64,000 nucleotides of DNA, from contig CAWGMQ010000010.1 of assembly GCA_963823665.1 (NCBI GenBank), forward strand, positions 2,336,001 through 2,400,000, read 5' to 3'. Of this stretch, positions 1 through 10,333 are shown piece by piece (the stretch's first letter is position 1; each line of letters opens with the position of its first letter). The notes beneath the pieces were generated by a model, which searched no databases, was not told the DNA's origin, and saw only the letters and a list, made by a program, of their open reading frames with translations. The position numbers and the translations under genes were made by a program. The stretch comes from an uncultured Planctomycetota bacterium (GTDB taxonomy: Bacteria; Planctomycetota; Planctomycetia; Isosphaerales; Isosphaeraceae).

Positions 1-1
1 C

Positions 2-1750
2 GTGATCTTTCTGCCATTCGCCGAGCACGTCACGCCGCTGTTTCAGTTCGGCTCCTGGGTGATCTGGCAAGCGATCGGTCATGACATCCGCCTCGCGCCG
101 CTGGCATACTGCTTGGCGTCCGTCGCGGTGTGGGGGTTGGTGCTCTCGCTGCTGGGCCTCTGGCTGTTCCGCGAGACCGGCTCGCGCACGGCGACTTTCA
201 TTGCCGTCGCTCTCGTGGCTCAATCGCCGCTTGTTCGCGAGACGGCATGGTGGTACTCGGCCAGTAGTTTTTCATGGGCGGTGTGCGGGATCTTGATCGC
301 GATGCTGGGCGCGGCGGGGCTGGGGCGGCGGCGCGGTTCGCTGGCGCTGGTCGCGCTCGGCGCGGCGATCGCGCCGGCGGGGACTTCGCTCGGGTTTCTG
401 GGCGCACCTCTGGCGATGCTACGGGCGCTCTTGCAGGGCGGGGTGTCGCGCCGGCAGAAGCTCCTGGCCATCCTGGCTGCCGCCGCCGGCGTGCTCGCAT
501 ACGCCGAATTCTGTAACTGGGGAGCTCCGAGCGTAAGCTCAATGCGATTAAAATACGCCTCGGTGTTCGAGCCGATGGCTGGCCTCTGTTACGCGCTCAC
601 CGTTCCCGGGCGGTTGCTCTGGCCTTCGACCGGGGGGGTTCCGGCTTCGTGGCTGGCCGGCCCCGTCTCCGGCCTGTTCGCCTGGGGCACCGGGGCCGTT
701 GCACTTGCAATGACCGCCTGGCTGGCGATCAGCCGGCGCGCTCACGGCAACGGAAAGCTTGTCGTGATCGGTGCATTCATGATCTATTGTGGATATTTGC
801 TCGCCTATGTGCCGAGAGTGTGCACCCTGCGCCTGGGTATGTGGAGCGAGCTCCAGCTATTGTATCAATTCGCGGCAAGATACCACATTCTGCCGCTCAT
901 GGGCTTGGCGGCGATCGTCTCGGCGACGATCGCCGGCTTTCCTCTCGCGGTGCGCGGTGATGCTCGGCCGGGCCGGCCGGCGCTCCTGGGCGCGATCGTG
1001 GGCCTTGCAATGCTGGGAGTGCAGTTCAAGGAGGCCAGTTTCTGGGATTTCTACCTGGTGCAGCCCGACCAGAGATCGACGCTCGCGGCGGTTCATCGAC
1101 TGGGACAGCTCGCGCGTGAGGAGGGCATCCCGCGCACTCAGCTCGTCAGGATCATTGATCCGGTGATGCGTCCCTGGAACCAGTCGATCCTGGGTGATCG
1201 GCCCGAGGCGTTCCCGCTCGTGAAGCTCGGGGCACTCGCTCCGGAAGAGGTCACCCGTCCGATCGCTGATTCGGAGGCGCGTGCTCGTCTGAAGGCTCGA
1301 TTGACAGCGAGCGAGCGAACGGCACTCGGGTCAGACATGTGTGCATCATTCAGCCAATGCCGGGTCCAGTCGAATGCCACCACTTTGGCAATCGCACGGC
1401 GATATGAGCTCCGAGGGGCGAGCGAAATCGGGCCGGGACTCTATCGCAATCTAGGCGGTGCGGGAGCGATCAATTTTGAGTTCGAGCCGGCGCCGGGGGC
1501 GCGGTACCTGGTCATGCCGGGCCTGAAATCTAACCAGGATATTCACATTTACTGGTGTGACCAGAATCAGAAATGGCGTCCCGGGCAGTGCGTCCGATGG
1601 CTAAAGTCTTCCCCCGGAGCCGGACAGGCGGTCATTGACCTCGACCGGCTGATTCACCTGTCGACCGAGCCGTTGTCGCGGATCGCGATCCAGTTCACGC
1701 AGCCCGGAGGGGAACTTGCGCTGCGAGGTGCGCCGCGATTGGTGCGTTAG
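2..1750 (+). CDS. Polytopic membrane protein, 5'-truncated by window (possibly GT-C fold glycosyltransferase-like)
   Basis: 582-aa ORF with many hydrophobic segments followed by a soluble C-terminal domain; function is inference only. Confidence 0.6.
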   Translation: MIFLPFAEHVTPLFQFGSWVIWQAIGHDIRLAPLAYCLASVAVWGLVLSLLGLWLFRETGSRTATFIAVALVAQSPLVRETAWWYSASSFSWAVCGILIAMLGAAGLGRRRGSLALVALGAAIAPAGTSLGFLGAPLAMLRALLQGGVSRRQKLLAILAAAAGVLAYAEFCNWGAPSVSSMRLKYASVFEPMAGLCYALTVPGRLLWPSTGGVPASWLAGPVSGLFAWGTGAVALAMTAWLAISRRAHGNGKLVVIGAFMIYCGYLLAYVPRVCTLRLGMWSELQLLYQFAARYHILPLMGLAAIVSATIAGFPLAVRGDARPGRPALLGAIVGLAMLGVQFKEASFWDFYLVQPDQRSTLAAVHRLGQLAREEGIPRTQLVRIIDPVMRPWNQSILGDRPEAFPLVKLGALAPEEVTRPIADSEARARLKARLTASERTALGSDMCASFSQCRVQSNATTLAIARRYELRGASEIGPGLYRNLGGAGAINFEFEPAPGARYLVMPGLKSNQDIHIYWCDQNQKWRPGQCVRWLKSSPGAGQAVIDLDRLIHLSTEPLSRIAIQFTQPGGELALRGAPRLVR

Positions 1751-1793
1751 CACACGAATTCGAGGCGTGAGTTGCTTCGCGGACCGTGGGGTC

Positions 1794-2558
1794 TCAAGGC
1801 TTCACTGCCCGCACGATCGTGCGGATGCAGTCGATCCGGATCGAACCACGTTCTTGCCGCGACGGCCGGAAGCTCCGGATGATTGGCCCGGCGAGCAGCT
1901 TGCCGCGCACGGATTCCTTGGTATCGCACGGTGTCCCGCGGTCGAACCATTCGTCGAAGTCGAGTACAAACGGCTCTTCGACCAGAGTGATATTCTCGAG
2001 CCCGGCGCGGGCGAACAGGTCGACGAGCTCTCCGCCGGTCAGGTTCCGGGTGTGGGTGCGGTCGCGTGCGATTTCGAGCGCATTGTGATGAGCGGCGATC
2101 GCGGAGTCAGGATCGGTCGTGTGGTCGCAGGCTACGATCACGCCGCCATGCTGGACGAGAGCGACCTGCCGTGCCAGAAAGGCGAACGGGTCGACTACGT
2201 GGTGGAGCACGAAGCGTGATAGGGCTCCGTCGAAGGGAGCAAATTGGTCGAGGACGGGGTCGTAGACCGACCCTTGCACGAACCTGGCTCGTTCGCCGTG
2301 AGCCGCGCAGCGCTTGCGAGCACGCTCGACCATCTCGGTAGAGAGATCCACGCCCAGGACACTGAGTCCGGCGTCGAGCAGCCCGCTGCTGACGAGCCCG
2401 GGCCCGCACCCGGCGTCGAGCACGCGGCCGCCGTGGGGGAAGTCAGCTTCGTGGACCAGACGCTGGATGGCAGCGGGGTCGCTCTGAACGGGCGCTCGCT
2501 CGAATTTGGGAGCCTGAGCGTCGAAGCCTTCGGCGAGCTGCTGGTCGTGGTCGGTCAT
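1794..2558 (-). CDS. Class I SAM-dependent methyltransferase
   Basis: VLDAGCGPG motif I, GVDLS motif, FVLHH; start chosen at MTDHD. Confidence 0.85.
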   Translation of the reverse strand: MTDHDQQLAEGFDAQAPKFERAPVQSDPAAIQRLVHEADFPHGGRVLDAGCGPGLVSSGLLDAGLSVLGVDLSTEMVERARKRCAAHGERARFVQGSVYDPVLDQFAPFDGALSRFVLHHVVDPFAFLARQVALVQHGGVIVACDHTTDPDSAIAAHHNALEIARDRTHTRNLTGGELVDLFARAGLENITLVEEPFVLDFDEWFDRGTPCDTKESVRGKLLAGPIIRSFRPSRQERGSIRIDCIRTIVRAVKP

Positions 2559-2810
2559 TCGAAACATGCCCCGCAACTGCGGCTCAACTGAGCAGACGCT
2601 CGCCGTAGTGGTTCGCGTAGCTCAAGAAAATCAAGAAGGAAGTTATACCAGTTCAAGTACGGCTTCGCACCCTCACCGCGCTAAAGATCGAGGGTCGAAA
2701 GGCCGACACAACTGTGCACGGGGATGTGCGCAAACACGATGCCGGACCGGCGATCTTCGGATGCTCGATCGCAGATGCACGCTGCGGGGCGCTCGTGAAC
2801 GGAGTGTACG

Positions 2811-3629
2811 ATGCCAAGCGTGGATTTGAACCAGCGTTTCTGGGACGAAGAATACGACTGGTCGGACGGCGGCGACGAATGGTCAAGGAGCTGGGGCGGG
2901 GCACAATCCCAGTGGAATGGGACCATCGTTCCGAGAATCAGACGGCATTTGCCAGCGCACACCATCCTCGAAATTGCGCCCGGCTTTGGACGGTGGACGC
3001 AATTCCTGGTTGAACAGTGCCAGCGGCTGATCCTGGTCGATCTTTCGGAGAAGTGCATCTCTGCGTGCCAGAAGAGATTCCGCGACTACAATCACGTTGA
3101 GTACCACGTGAACGATGGACGCTCGCTGGTTGTGATTCCAGAGAGCTCGGTCGATTTTGTATTCAGCTTCGATTCCCTGGTGCACGTCGAGGCATGCGTG
3201 ATCGAGTCGTACGTGAACGAGGTCGCAAGGATCCTCAAGATCGACGGAACCGCGTTTCTGCACCATTCCAATCATGGTGAGTTCGCGGCGCTTACTGCGA
3301 TTCAAAGCTTCCTGTGGTCGCACACGCGGGCCAGATCAGTCGTCGAACGACTGAAGCTCATGCCGAATTCACACGGGCGGGCGTTAACGATGTCGGCCTC
3401 GAAATTCCGTGAATACGCCGAGCGAGCTGGAGTGCATTGCAGGGTCCAGGAGACGGTCAATTGGGGCGGGAAGCGCACGATCGATTGCTTCTCAACGCTC
3501 CAGAAAAGCCGCGAGATGCGGCATGTGCCCACGACCACCTTGCATAACCCGCACTTCATGCGAGAAGCAGAATACCTCGGGCAGCTTTCGCGAGTCTACC
3601 AGCCGCACGAAAACATCGTGCGGGTCTGA
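2811..3629 (+). CDS. Class I SAM-dependent methyltransferase
   Basis: ILEIAPGFGRW, LVDLS, VDFVFSFDSLVH motifs. Confidence 0.85.
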   Translation: MPSVDLNQRFWDEEYDWSDGGDEWSRSWGGAQSQWNGTIVPRIRRHLPAHTILEIAPGFGRWTQFLVEQCQRLILVDLSEKCISACQKRFRDYNHVEYHVNDGRSLVVIPESSVDFVFSFDSLVHVEACVIESYVNEVARILKIDGTAFLHHSNHGEFAALTAIQSFLWSHTRARSVVERLKLMPNSHGRALTMSASKFREYAERAGVHCRVQETVNWGGKRTIDCFSTLQKSREMRHVPTTTLHNPHFMREAEYLGQLSRVYQPHENIVRV

Positions 3630-3763
3630 ATCCCGCTGTTGAGTTCAACCTTGGCGGTTGATCCGGCGAGTTGGGGCAGACCAGCCGGGGTGTCGCCGAG
3701 CGGAAGATTCGCTAAAATGAGATTTGTGGAAAGTTGATCATCGCACCGACGGAGACCGCACGC

Positions 3764-4084
3764 GTGACAGCTCCTCAATCGGTCGAAGAACTCAACCGAA
3801 ATCTCGCCGATCGCATTAACGAACAGGCGCGCAAGGATCCGACGTCACATTATGCCGGGAGATTCGTCGGGATCAGCAATGGTGAAGTTCTCGCTGTAAC
3901 TGATGATCTCGACAGTCTGGTCGAGCGGCTCCGACAGCTCGAAGCAGACCCATCCACGACGCTATGCCTCGAGGCCGGCTTGGATTACGAGCAGCCGCAG
4001 GAAATCTGGGGCGTGAGCGCCCGTTCGGCGCGGGTCTCACCAATGCGCCGTTCGGCGCGGGTCTCCGACCCCGCGGTCCCCTGA
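3764..4084 (+). CDS. Small hypothetical protein (DUF5678-like); 3' end runs through REP copies
   Basis: GGAG RBS at 3751; YAGRFVGISNGEVLAVTDDL resembles DUF5678-type proteins. Confidence 0.5.
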   Translation: MTAPQSVEELNRNLADRINEQARKDPTSHYAGRFVGISNGEVLAVTDDLDSLVERLRQLEADPSTTLCLEAGLDYEQPQEIWGVSARSARVSPMRRSARVSDPAVP

Positions 4085-4096
4085 CCGTAGGTCTCC
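4023..4096 (+). repeat. Two REP copies (one partial) downstream of RAYT
   Basis: GTTCGGCGCGGGTCTC at 4023 and 4050; the second extends ...CGACCCCGC...GACCGTAGGTCTCC; reverse complement of the 4687-4938 units. Confidence 0.85.
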
Positions 4097-4112
4097 ACCA
4101 CGCACACGGCGG

Positions 4113-4658
4113 TCACCACTCAATCCGGCTCAAGACAACGTCGTTCGCTGCTGTTCCGTCGCCCATCCAATAGGAAGCCGATGAATAGCGCCAGTGCTAA
4201 GGTCGTAGGACTAACCCCTTGCGACATGGATTGTCGTGCAAGTAATCAAGCTTCTGGTGATAAAACTGCTCCGTCTCGATCGGCTCGGGGTGGGTGGTCG
4301 CCTTCCAGAAGCGGCGATCCCGATCGTCGCCGGAATTTGCGCGAAATGCCTCGTCGAAACAAGGGGGCATGTTTCGCCGGCAGTAGTCGATCAACGTTCT
4401 GGCCGTGAATTTCCGGAGGTCGGTCAATGTCGCTTTGAAGGCCGGCGGGTCGAAATGCTGCATGAAGAGCATGGCGTGGAAGTGCGTGGGCATGATGACG
4501 TATGCGTGGATTCGCAATCCCTTATGCTGGTGACAGAAATTCAAGCTGTCCGCGAGAATCTTGCACGTGGCTTCTGATACGAAGACCGGAAGCCAATCGA
4601 CCACGGTCATGGTCACGAAGTGGAGGGCTACGTCGTCGGAGATGCGGTAGCGTTCCAT
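4113..4658 (-). mobile_element. REP-associated tyrosine transposase (RAYT, Y1_Tnp/HUH family) with in-frame TAG at 4197-4199
   Basis: HFVTMT, AYVIMPTHFH (HUH), YLHDNP-RKGLV; the same frame continues past TAG as HWRYSSA...IEW* (TGA 4113-4115); flanked by REPs. Confidence 0.85.
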
Positions 4659-4686
4659 GGGCGGGGCGGCTTTCGCGTTCGTCTGG

Positions 4687-4938
4687 GGAGACCTTCGGTC
4701 GGGAAGACGGCGGGGTCAGAGACCCGCGCCGAACACTAGAACACTATACATTCTTGCGGCGGCCCTCGGTGGGGAGACCTACGGTCGGGAAGACGGCGGG
4801 GTCGGAGACCCGCGCCGAACACTTCGGATGACGGCGGGGTCGGAGACCCGCGCCGAACACTATGGGAAGACGGCGGGGTCGGAGATCCGCGCCGAACACC
4901 ATGGGAAGACGGCGGGGTCGGAGACCCGCACCGAACAC
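4687..4938 (-). repeat. Cluster of five REP copies upstream of RAYT
   Basis: GACGGCGGGGTC(A/G)GAGA(C/T)CCGC(G/A)CCGAACAC x5; two copies preceded by GGAGACCT(T/A)CGGTC. Confidence 0.9.
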
Positions 4939-4952
4939 GCACCTCGGTCGCC

Positions 4953-7253
4953 TCAGTCCGCTTCGGATTCGCTCAAGATCTTCTTATATGCCTCGCGTGC
5001 GACGTCATACGCCTTCTTGGCCGCGTCTTTTTCTGTCGCGCGAATCGCGGGCTCTTTTTTTAGCCAGCACTGGTCCACGGACTTTAGGCACCACTCGGCG
5101 GATTTTTTCGAGGCGCGAACGGGCTTGCCGCCGACAGTGACGAAAATCGGATTCGTGTGTGAAGACGGGTAGATCCTCAGCGCCACCCAGCTCGATTGCT
5201 TGATCGGGACTTCGAACGAGACACCCTCGACGCTGCCGTCGGCGGTGATCTCGGTCTTGGCGACGGGCAGGCCGTTGACGATGACCTCGACCGGAACTTT
5301 GCGCGTCTCGCCCATGCGGGCGCGCTCGAGATCCCAGTAGGGCTTTTGATCGAGCGGGCGGGCGGCGATGGCGCGGGCCTCGCCGGAGATCGTCGACGGT
5401 AAATACGCCGCGACCTGCGCCGTCACCTTCACGGTGCCCGGCTTTTCTAGTTTCAGTTCGCTGCCTTCGGTTCCGAGCACGCGGTCGTTGACCTGAAAAT
5501 CGATCAGATGGCTGTGGCCGTCGGATACATAGGACCGGCCGAGCTTCACCCCCTCGCACCACTTGTCGAAATCAAGCTGGCCCTCGGGCAGCTTGACGTA
5601 AACCCGCCCCAGGCCCACGCGCTCGCCGTAGATGCAGGGGAAATCGGTCTCGCCGCTGATCCTCGCGCGATAACCGCAATTGAGCGTGTGATACCAGATG
5701 TTCAACTCCCAGGGGGCCGGCGTGTCCACGGTCGAGATGAAATCAACCGCGTCGTGCACGACGTCCACGATGTATTCGTTGGCGCCGATGCCGTCAAATG
5801 GCGGAACCTCGTATGTGGGAAGTTTGTCGTCGGACGCCTTGAGCCCCCAGCCCGAGTGCGAAAATCCGACGACACCGCCTTGCGACTTGCCCCATTTGAG
5901 CACGGGCAGGTCCCAGCTCGGCCATTCCTCAATGCGGGTGGTGCCCGGGTAGTCGTCTTCCTTGAGCCGAAGCAGACACAGGTGGCCGGTGTGCGAGCTT
6001 GGGAACCCGGAAACCTCGATGTCGTAGCGCATCAAGTAATCGCGTGTTGAAAGCGGATGGATCTTGCCTTCGAAGAACTGCTTCTGGGCATACCAGCAGG
6101 GGCCCCAAGAGAGCACGCAGCCGACATCGAGGTCCTCGCCCAGGATGTGCCGCCACATGTCCTCGGGCTTGACGCCTTCGGTCGGGCTCTCGTAGTGGCC
6201 GCAGCCCGCGGCGTGTACGTGATGGTCGCCGGAATACCACCCCATCTTGGCCAGGTGGATCCATCTCTTGAGGTCGAACGATTGATGAAATGTCTTTGCC
6301 TTGGGAACAATGATCGAGCCGGTTTGAACGAGGTATTCGGGGCCCCGGCCGACCTCGACCTGGTACGTGCCCGGCGGCAGCAAGATGGTTTCGCCACTTT
6401 GGCGGTAAATCTGGGGATGGAAGAAGAAATCGGGCGCCAGCCGGCGAGTCGGCGAGGGATAGACTCGTCCCATGCGATCACGAAAGATGAAAGAGGCCAT
6501 CGTCGGGCGGCCATCGTCGTCGCGCACGTCGACGACCATGGCGACGGCCGGATCGCAGGAGAACAGGATGTCGACATCGCTGCGGAATCCCAGGTCCTGC
6601 GTTCCCTGGCCGACGTTGAAGCTGATCTTCGCCTCACGCTTGCCGGCATCGCGGCTGTGGATCTGAATGATGCCATACTCGAGCGTGAGACCGGAGAGGG
6701 ATTTCTTGAGCGGGCGATCCGTGTACATTGCGACATCGGCCCAGCGCTGGATCACGTCCGACGGACGAACCGAGACTGTGGGCTCGGCCCGGTTAGTCGA
6801 CTGGCGGTAGGGCAGCGCGGCGTTGGGGCTCTCGGCGACGAGTGGGGCGGTGACGCCGGCCTGGTTGTTGATCTTGACCAGGAAGACCGTCCAACCGTTT
6901 TGAACCAAGTGGGGCAGGGCAGCGCCTTGCGCGGCTTTGACGCGGCTCTCGGCGTTGATCTCCACTCCGACCAGGACGTGAGGGTCGAGAATCGCCTGGA
7001 TGGTCTTGATCGCCGGGGCGCCACCGGTGGAATCGACGGCCTTCTCGAGCGCGGTTTTCTCGGAGGGAGACAGCGGCTGGCCGAGCTGCTCGAGCGCCTC
7101 CACGATCCGCTTCACCTGGGCTGAGAGAGGCTGGAACTCGACGTCCGTGACGATGGGAAGCTTGTCGGCCGATGCGCCGGGCGCGGCCATCACGAGCAGC
7201 ACGAAGCCCATGGTGAGGCGGAAGAGGGACGGATATTGCAATCGGATTCGCAT
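4953..7253 (-). CDS. Secreted CehA/McbA-family (PHP-like) metallohydrolase
   Basis: Signal peptide, GDHHVHAAGC, FSHSGWG, SGETDFPC motifs. Confidence 0.75.
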   Translation of the reverse strand: MRIRLQYPSLFRLTMGFVLLVMAAPGASADKLPIVTDVEFQPLSAQVKRIVEALEQLGQPLSPSEKTALEKAVDSTGGAPAIKTIQAILDPHVLVGVEINAESRVKAAQGAALPHLVQNGWTVFLVKINNQAGVTAPLVAESPNAALPYRQSTNRAEPTVSVRPSDVIQRWADVAMYTDRPLKKSLSGLTLEYGIIQIHSRDAGKREAKISFNVGQGTQDLGFRSDVDILFSCDPAVAMVVDVRDDDGRPTMASFIFRDRMGRVYPSPTRRLAPDFFFHPQIYRQSGETILLPPGTYQVEVGRGPEYLVQTGSIIVPKAKTFHQSFDLKRWIHLAKMGWYSGDHHVHAAGCGHYESPTEGVKPEDMWRHILGEDLDVGCVLSWGPCWYAQKQFFEGKIHPLSTRDYLMRYDIEVSGFPSSHTGHLCLLRLKEDDYPGTTRIEEWPSWDLPVLKWGKSQGGVVGFSHSGWGLKASDDKLPTYEVPPFDGIGANEYIVDVVHDAVDFISTVDTPAPWELNIWYHTLNCGYRARISGETDFPCIYGERVGLGRVYVKLPEGQLDFDKWCEGVKLGRSYVSDGHSHLIDFQVNDRVLGTEGSELKLEKPGTVKVTAQVAAYLPSTISGEARAIAARPLDQKPYWDLERARMGETRKVPVEVIVNGLPVAKTEITADGSVEGVSFEVPIKQSSWVALRIYPSSHTNPIFVTVGGKPVRASKKSAEWCLKSVDQCWLKKEPAIRATEKDAAKKAYDVAREAYKKILSESEAD

Positions 7254-7487
7254 GGTGAGGCCCCGGGGACGAACGCCGCGATTCATGAGCAGGACGACGC
7301 GTCTTGCGCCCACCATCTTGATCGCTTCCTGGCGGGACTTCAACGAGGTCGAAGGATTGCGGGGTTCACTGCGCGGAAGCGGAGTACCGTGGACACGATA
7401 CAAAACTGCTGACGGCCGGCTGTGTGCTTTCTCGCGAGAAGGGTAGGCGATGCGGCGTGGGCGGGAGGGCGAAGGCGTAGAATAGTT

Positions 7488-10085
7488 CTAACCACTAGCC
7501 AGCGGGTCGGTGGGGAAGGCGACATCGAGGCGGAAGAGCTGAAAATCACGACGAGAGCGAAGGGGGTCCAGATCGGTGTCCCGATCGAGCATGTCGAGCA
7601 TGGCCGGATCGCGGAAGAGCCCGCGACCGCCGGCGCGACGGAGCCATTCCAGGGCCTTCGACGCGTAGACGTCGGCACGCCCGGACGACTGAGCCGCCCG
7701 GCCGGCGGAGAGTGAGGCGACGCATGCCATGTTGTACAGGTCGGGGGCCCCGCAGGCGGCGGCAGAGGCGATCGCCTCGGCCTCAGCAAACGCGCCGGGA
7801 GCATCGCCCGCGCGGGCGAGGTCCATGGCGTGGGCGAGGCGGAACGACGTGCGATCGGCATCATCGCACAGCTCGATCGCGCGGGACCATTGACGGGCCG
7901 CATCGGCGAACCGGCCCGCCTGCTCGTGCGCCTGCGCCAGTGCCCCGTTGAGTCTGCTGGCCACCAGCCGCGCTTCGGGCCAGTCGGGGCTGATGCGGAT
8001 CACACCGGCGACCTGGGCGATGCCCGACTCATATCGTTCCCGTGCCTGTTCGGTGCGGCGCCCCAAGAGCGCGAGGCCGCCCCAATTCAACGAGAGCTTG
8101 GCCAGTGAGAGCGCGGCGACTTGAAATCCCGGGTGGTCGCGCACGACGGGCGACAACAACTCCGAGGCCTGGGTGAATTCAGAGTCGGCTTCCGCGGCGT
8201 GACCGGGATTGGCGTGGATCAGCCCGAGATTGATCAGGGTTTCCGCCAGTCGCGCCCGGAGGACGAAATGATCGGGATGGGCCCGGAGCAGCGTCTTGCG
8301 GATCTCGGCGGCGCGGCGATAATGCGGTTCGGCCTCCGCTTGGCGGCCGACGTTCTGGAGGATGGTGCCCAAGTTGGTATGGCACCAGGCCAGAGCCTCG
8401 ACCCGATCGAACACGGACGGGTCGGTCTCCACCTGCCGGTCGCCCTTCTCGATTGCCTCGGCGAGGTACTTGATCGCCTCGTCGGTCCGCTTGGCGTCGC
8501 GCGCGACCGCCAGGCCGAGCTTGGTGAGGCAGTCGACCCGCGCGTGGACGACTTCGGGGTGTTCCGGCTGGTCCGCGGCAAGCCGGTTGATCAGATCGAG
8601 GGCCCGACGCAGTGTCCGCTCGACATCATCGTGCCGCCCGAGCATGGCCTGGAACATCGCGGCCTCGCCGAGCGCCTTGACCTTGTCCAATCGCGCGGAA
8701 AACTCGGCCGGGCCATCGTCCCGGACGGCCCCGTCGTAGAAGGCCAGGGCGTCCTCGATGATCTTTTGGCGGAGCCCCAGGGGCATGGGCTGGCCGACAT
8801 AGCTCGGGTCATCAAATCGGCTGAGCATGCGTACGATCGCGTCCCGGGCCGACCGGTACTGGGCATCGGCGCGGGCCTTCTCGGCGCGGAGCCGAACATT
8901 GTGCATGAGTGTGCCGGCCACGAGCCCGACAGAGCCCAGCATGACGAGCAGGGCCGAGACGGCCTTCCACGGCCTTCGCCTGGTCCACTTGGCGAGCCGC
9001 TCGGGCCAGGAGATCGGCCGGGCGTGGATGGGCTCGCCTTCGAGAAAGCGCCTCAGGTCATCGGCCAGGGACCGGGCCGAGTCGTAGCGCCGCGCCGCGG
9101 ACTTCTCCAGACATTTCAGCGTGATCGTTTCCAGGTTGCGCGGGACGTCGCGGTTGATCCGCCGGGGAGAGGTCGGCTCGGCCTGCCGCACGAGCTCCAG
9201 CGTCTCGATGGTCGACGCGGCGGAGAACGGCGGGCGGCCGGTGAGCATCTCGTAGAGGATCGCCCCCAATGCGTAGACGTCGGACAGGGGACCGATGCGG
9301 GCCGAGTTGCCCTCGGCCTGTTCCGGCGCCATGTAGTTCGGCGTGCCGAGGATGGCGCCTGTCTCGGTCCGTGAGCCGTCGCCGTCGCGCTTGGCGAGTC
9401 CAAAGTCACTGATCTTGGGGGAGAGCAGGTCGGGGCCGACGAGGACATTACCGGGCTTGAGGTCGCGATGGACGACGCCCATCTGATGGGCATGTTCGAC
9501 GGCGCGGGCGAGGGCCTCGATCAGCGTCGCCGCCTCGCCGGGTGTCGTGGGCCCGGCGCGGAGCCGCTGGGCGAGCGAGCCGCCCTCGACGAACTCCATC
9601 GCGTAATAGGGCACCCCGTCGAGCCGGCCCACGTCGTAGATCGGGACGATGTTGGGGTGCCTGAGCCGCGCCACGGCCTCGGCCTCGCGGCGGAACCGCG
9701 CCGGGCCGTCGCGGCCGGCGAGCGCCTCGGGGCGAACCCGCTTGAGCGCGACCACCCTGCCGAGGCCGAGCTGCCGCGCCTTGTAAACAACACCCATCCC
9801 CCCCTCGCCGACGATCTCGATCAGCTCATAGCGCTTCGGCGGATCTGCCAGTTCGTCCGTTGCGTCGGCAACCTTGAGCGAGTCGCGTCCGTCCGCGACG
9901 CGGAGCAGCGCGGTGAATGAGTGGCCGGCCGCGTCGACGATCTCCCGGCACCCGTCGCAGGCCGCGACATGCTCGGCGATCATCGACGACTCGTCCTCGG
10001 CGAGCTCGCCCAGCCCGAATGAGGCGAGCGCGGCGTGGGAGGGATGCAGTGCCGCTTCCGGCGAGTCGCGGGCGGAGGTGTTCAT
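7488..10085 (-). CDS. Ser/Thr protein kinase with N-terminal HxxxCxxC zinc-finger, TM segment and TPR repeats
   Basis: GEGGMGVVY, VALK, HRDLKPGN, DFGLAK, GTPNYMAPE; EHVAACDGC; GGAGGGAG RBS. Confidence 0.92.
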   Translation of the reverse strand: MNTSARDSPEAALHPSHAALASFGLGELAEDESSMIAEHVAACDGCREIVDAAGHSFTALLRVADGRDSLKVADATDELADPPKRYELIEIVGEGGMGVVYKARQLGLGRVVALKRVRPEALAGRDGPARFRREAEAVARLRHPNIVPIYDVGRLDGVPYYAMEFVEGGSLAQRLRAGPTTPGEAATLIEALARAVEHAHQMGVVHRDLKPGNVLVGPDLLSPKISDFGLAKRDGDGSRTETGAILGTPNYMAPEQAEGNSARIGPLSDVYALGAILYEMLTGRPPFSAASTIETLELVRQAEPTSPRRINRDVPRNLETITLKCLEKSAARRYDSARSLADDLRRFLEGEPIHARPISWPERLAKWTRRRPWKAVSALLVMLGSVGLVAGTLMHNVRLRAEKARADAQYRSARDAIVRMLSRFDDPSYVGQPMPLGLRQKIIEDALAFYDGAVRDDGPAEFSARLDKVKALGEAAMFQAMLGRHDDVERTLRRALDLINRLAADQPEHPEVVHARVDCLTKLGLAVARDAKRTDEAIKYLAEAIEKGDRQVETDPSVFDRVEALAWCHTNLGTILQNVGRQAEAEPHYRRAAEIRKTLLRAHPDHFVLRARLAETLINLGLIHANPGHAAEADSEFTQASELLSPVVRDHPGFQVAALSLAKLSLNWGGLALLGRRTEQARERYESGIAQVAGVIRISPDWPEARLVASRLNGALAQAHEQAGRFADAARQWSRAIELCDDADRTSFRLAHAMDLARAGDAPGAFAEAEAIASAAACGAPDLYNMACVASLSAGRAAQSSGRADVYASKALEWLRRAGGRGLFRDPAMLDMLDRDTDLDPLRSRRDFQLFRLDVAFPTDPLASG

Positions 10086-10333
10086 CTCCCTCCATGATAC
10101 CGCCGTTGTCGAGGGAAATCTCCGGGATTTCCTGCTGCGACCATCTGGCAAGGCCCGGAGAGATTCAACACAGTGTTTCCCGGCGCGCTTAGCACGTGAT
10201 CCCGCTCGAGTCTTCTCAGACGTTCCTCGCGGAGCGCGGCCGCTTCGGTCCGCCGTACGCGGCCAAAGGTGATATCGCGAGAGCGCAAACCATTTCGTCG
10301 CGTTGCGAAAAAGCAATACCAGACGAGCTCAGC

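Noticed and set aside
4687..4938. Possible CRISPR array
   Set aside because: Intervals are mostly only a few bp and irregular; units are palindromic REPs flanking a RAYT
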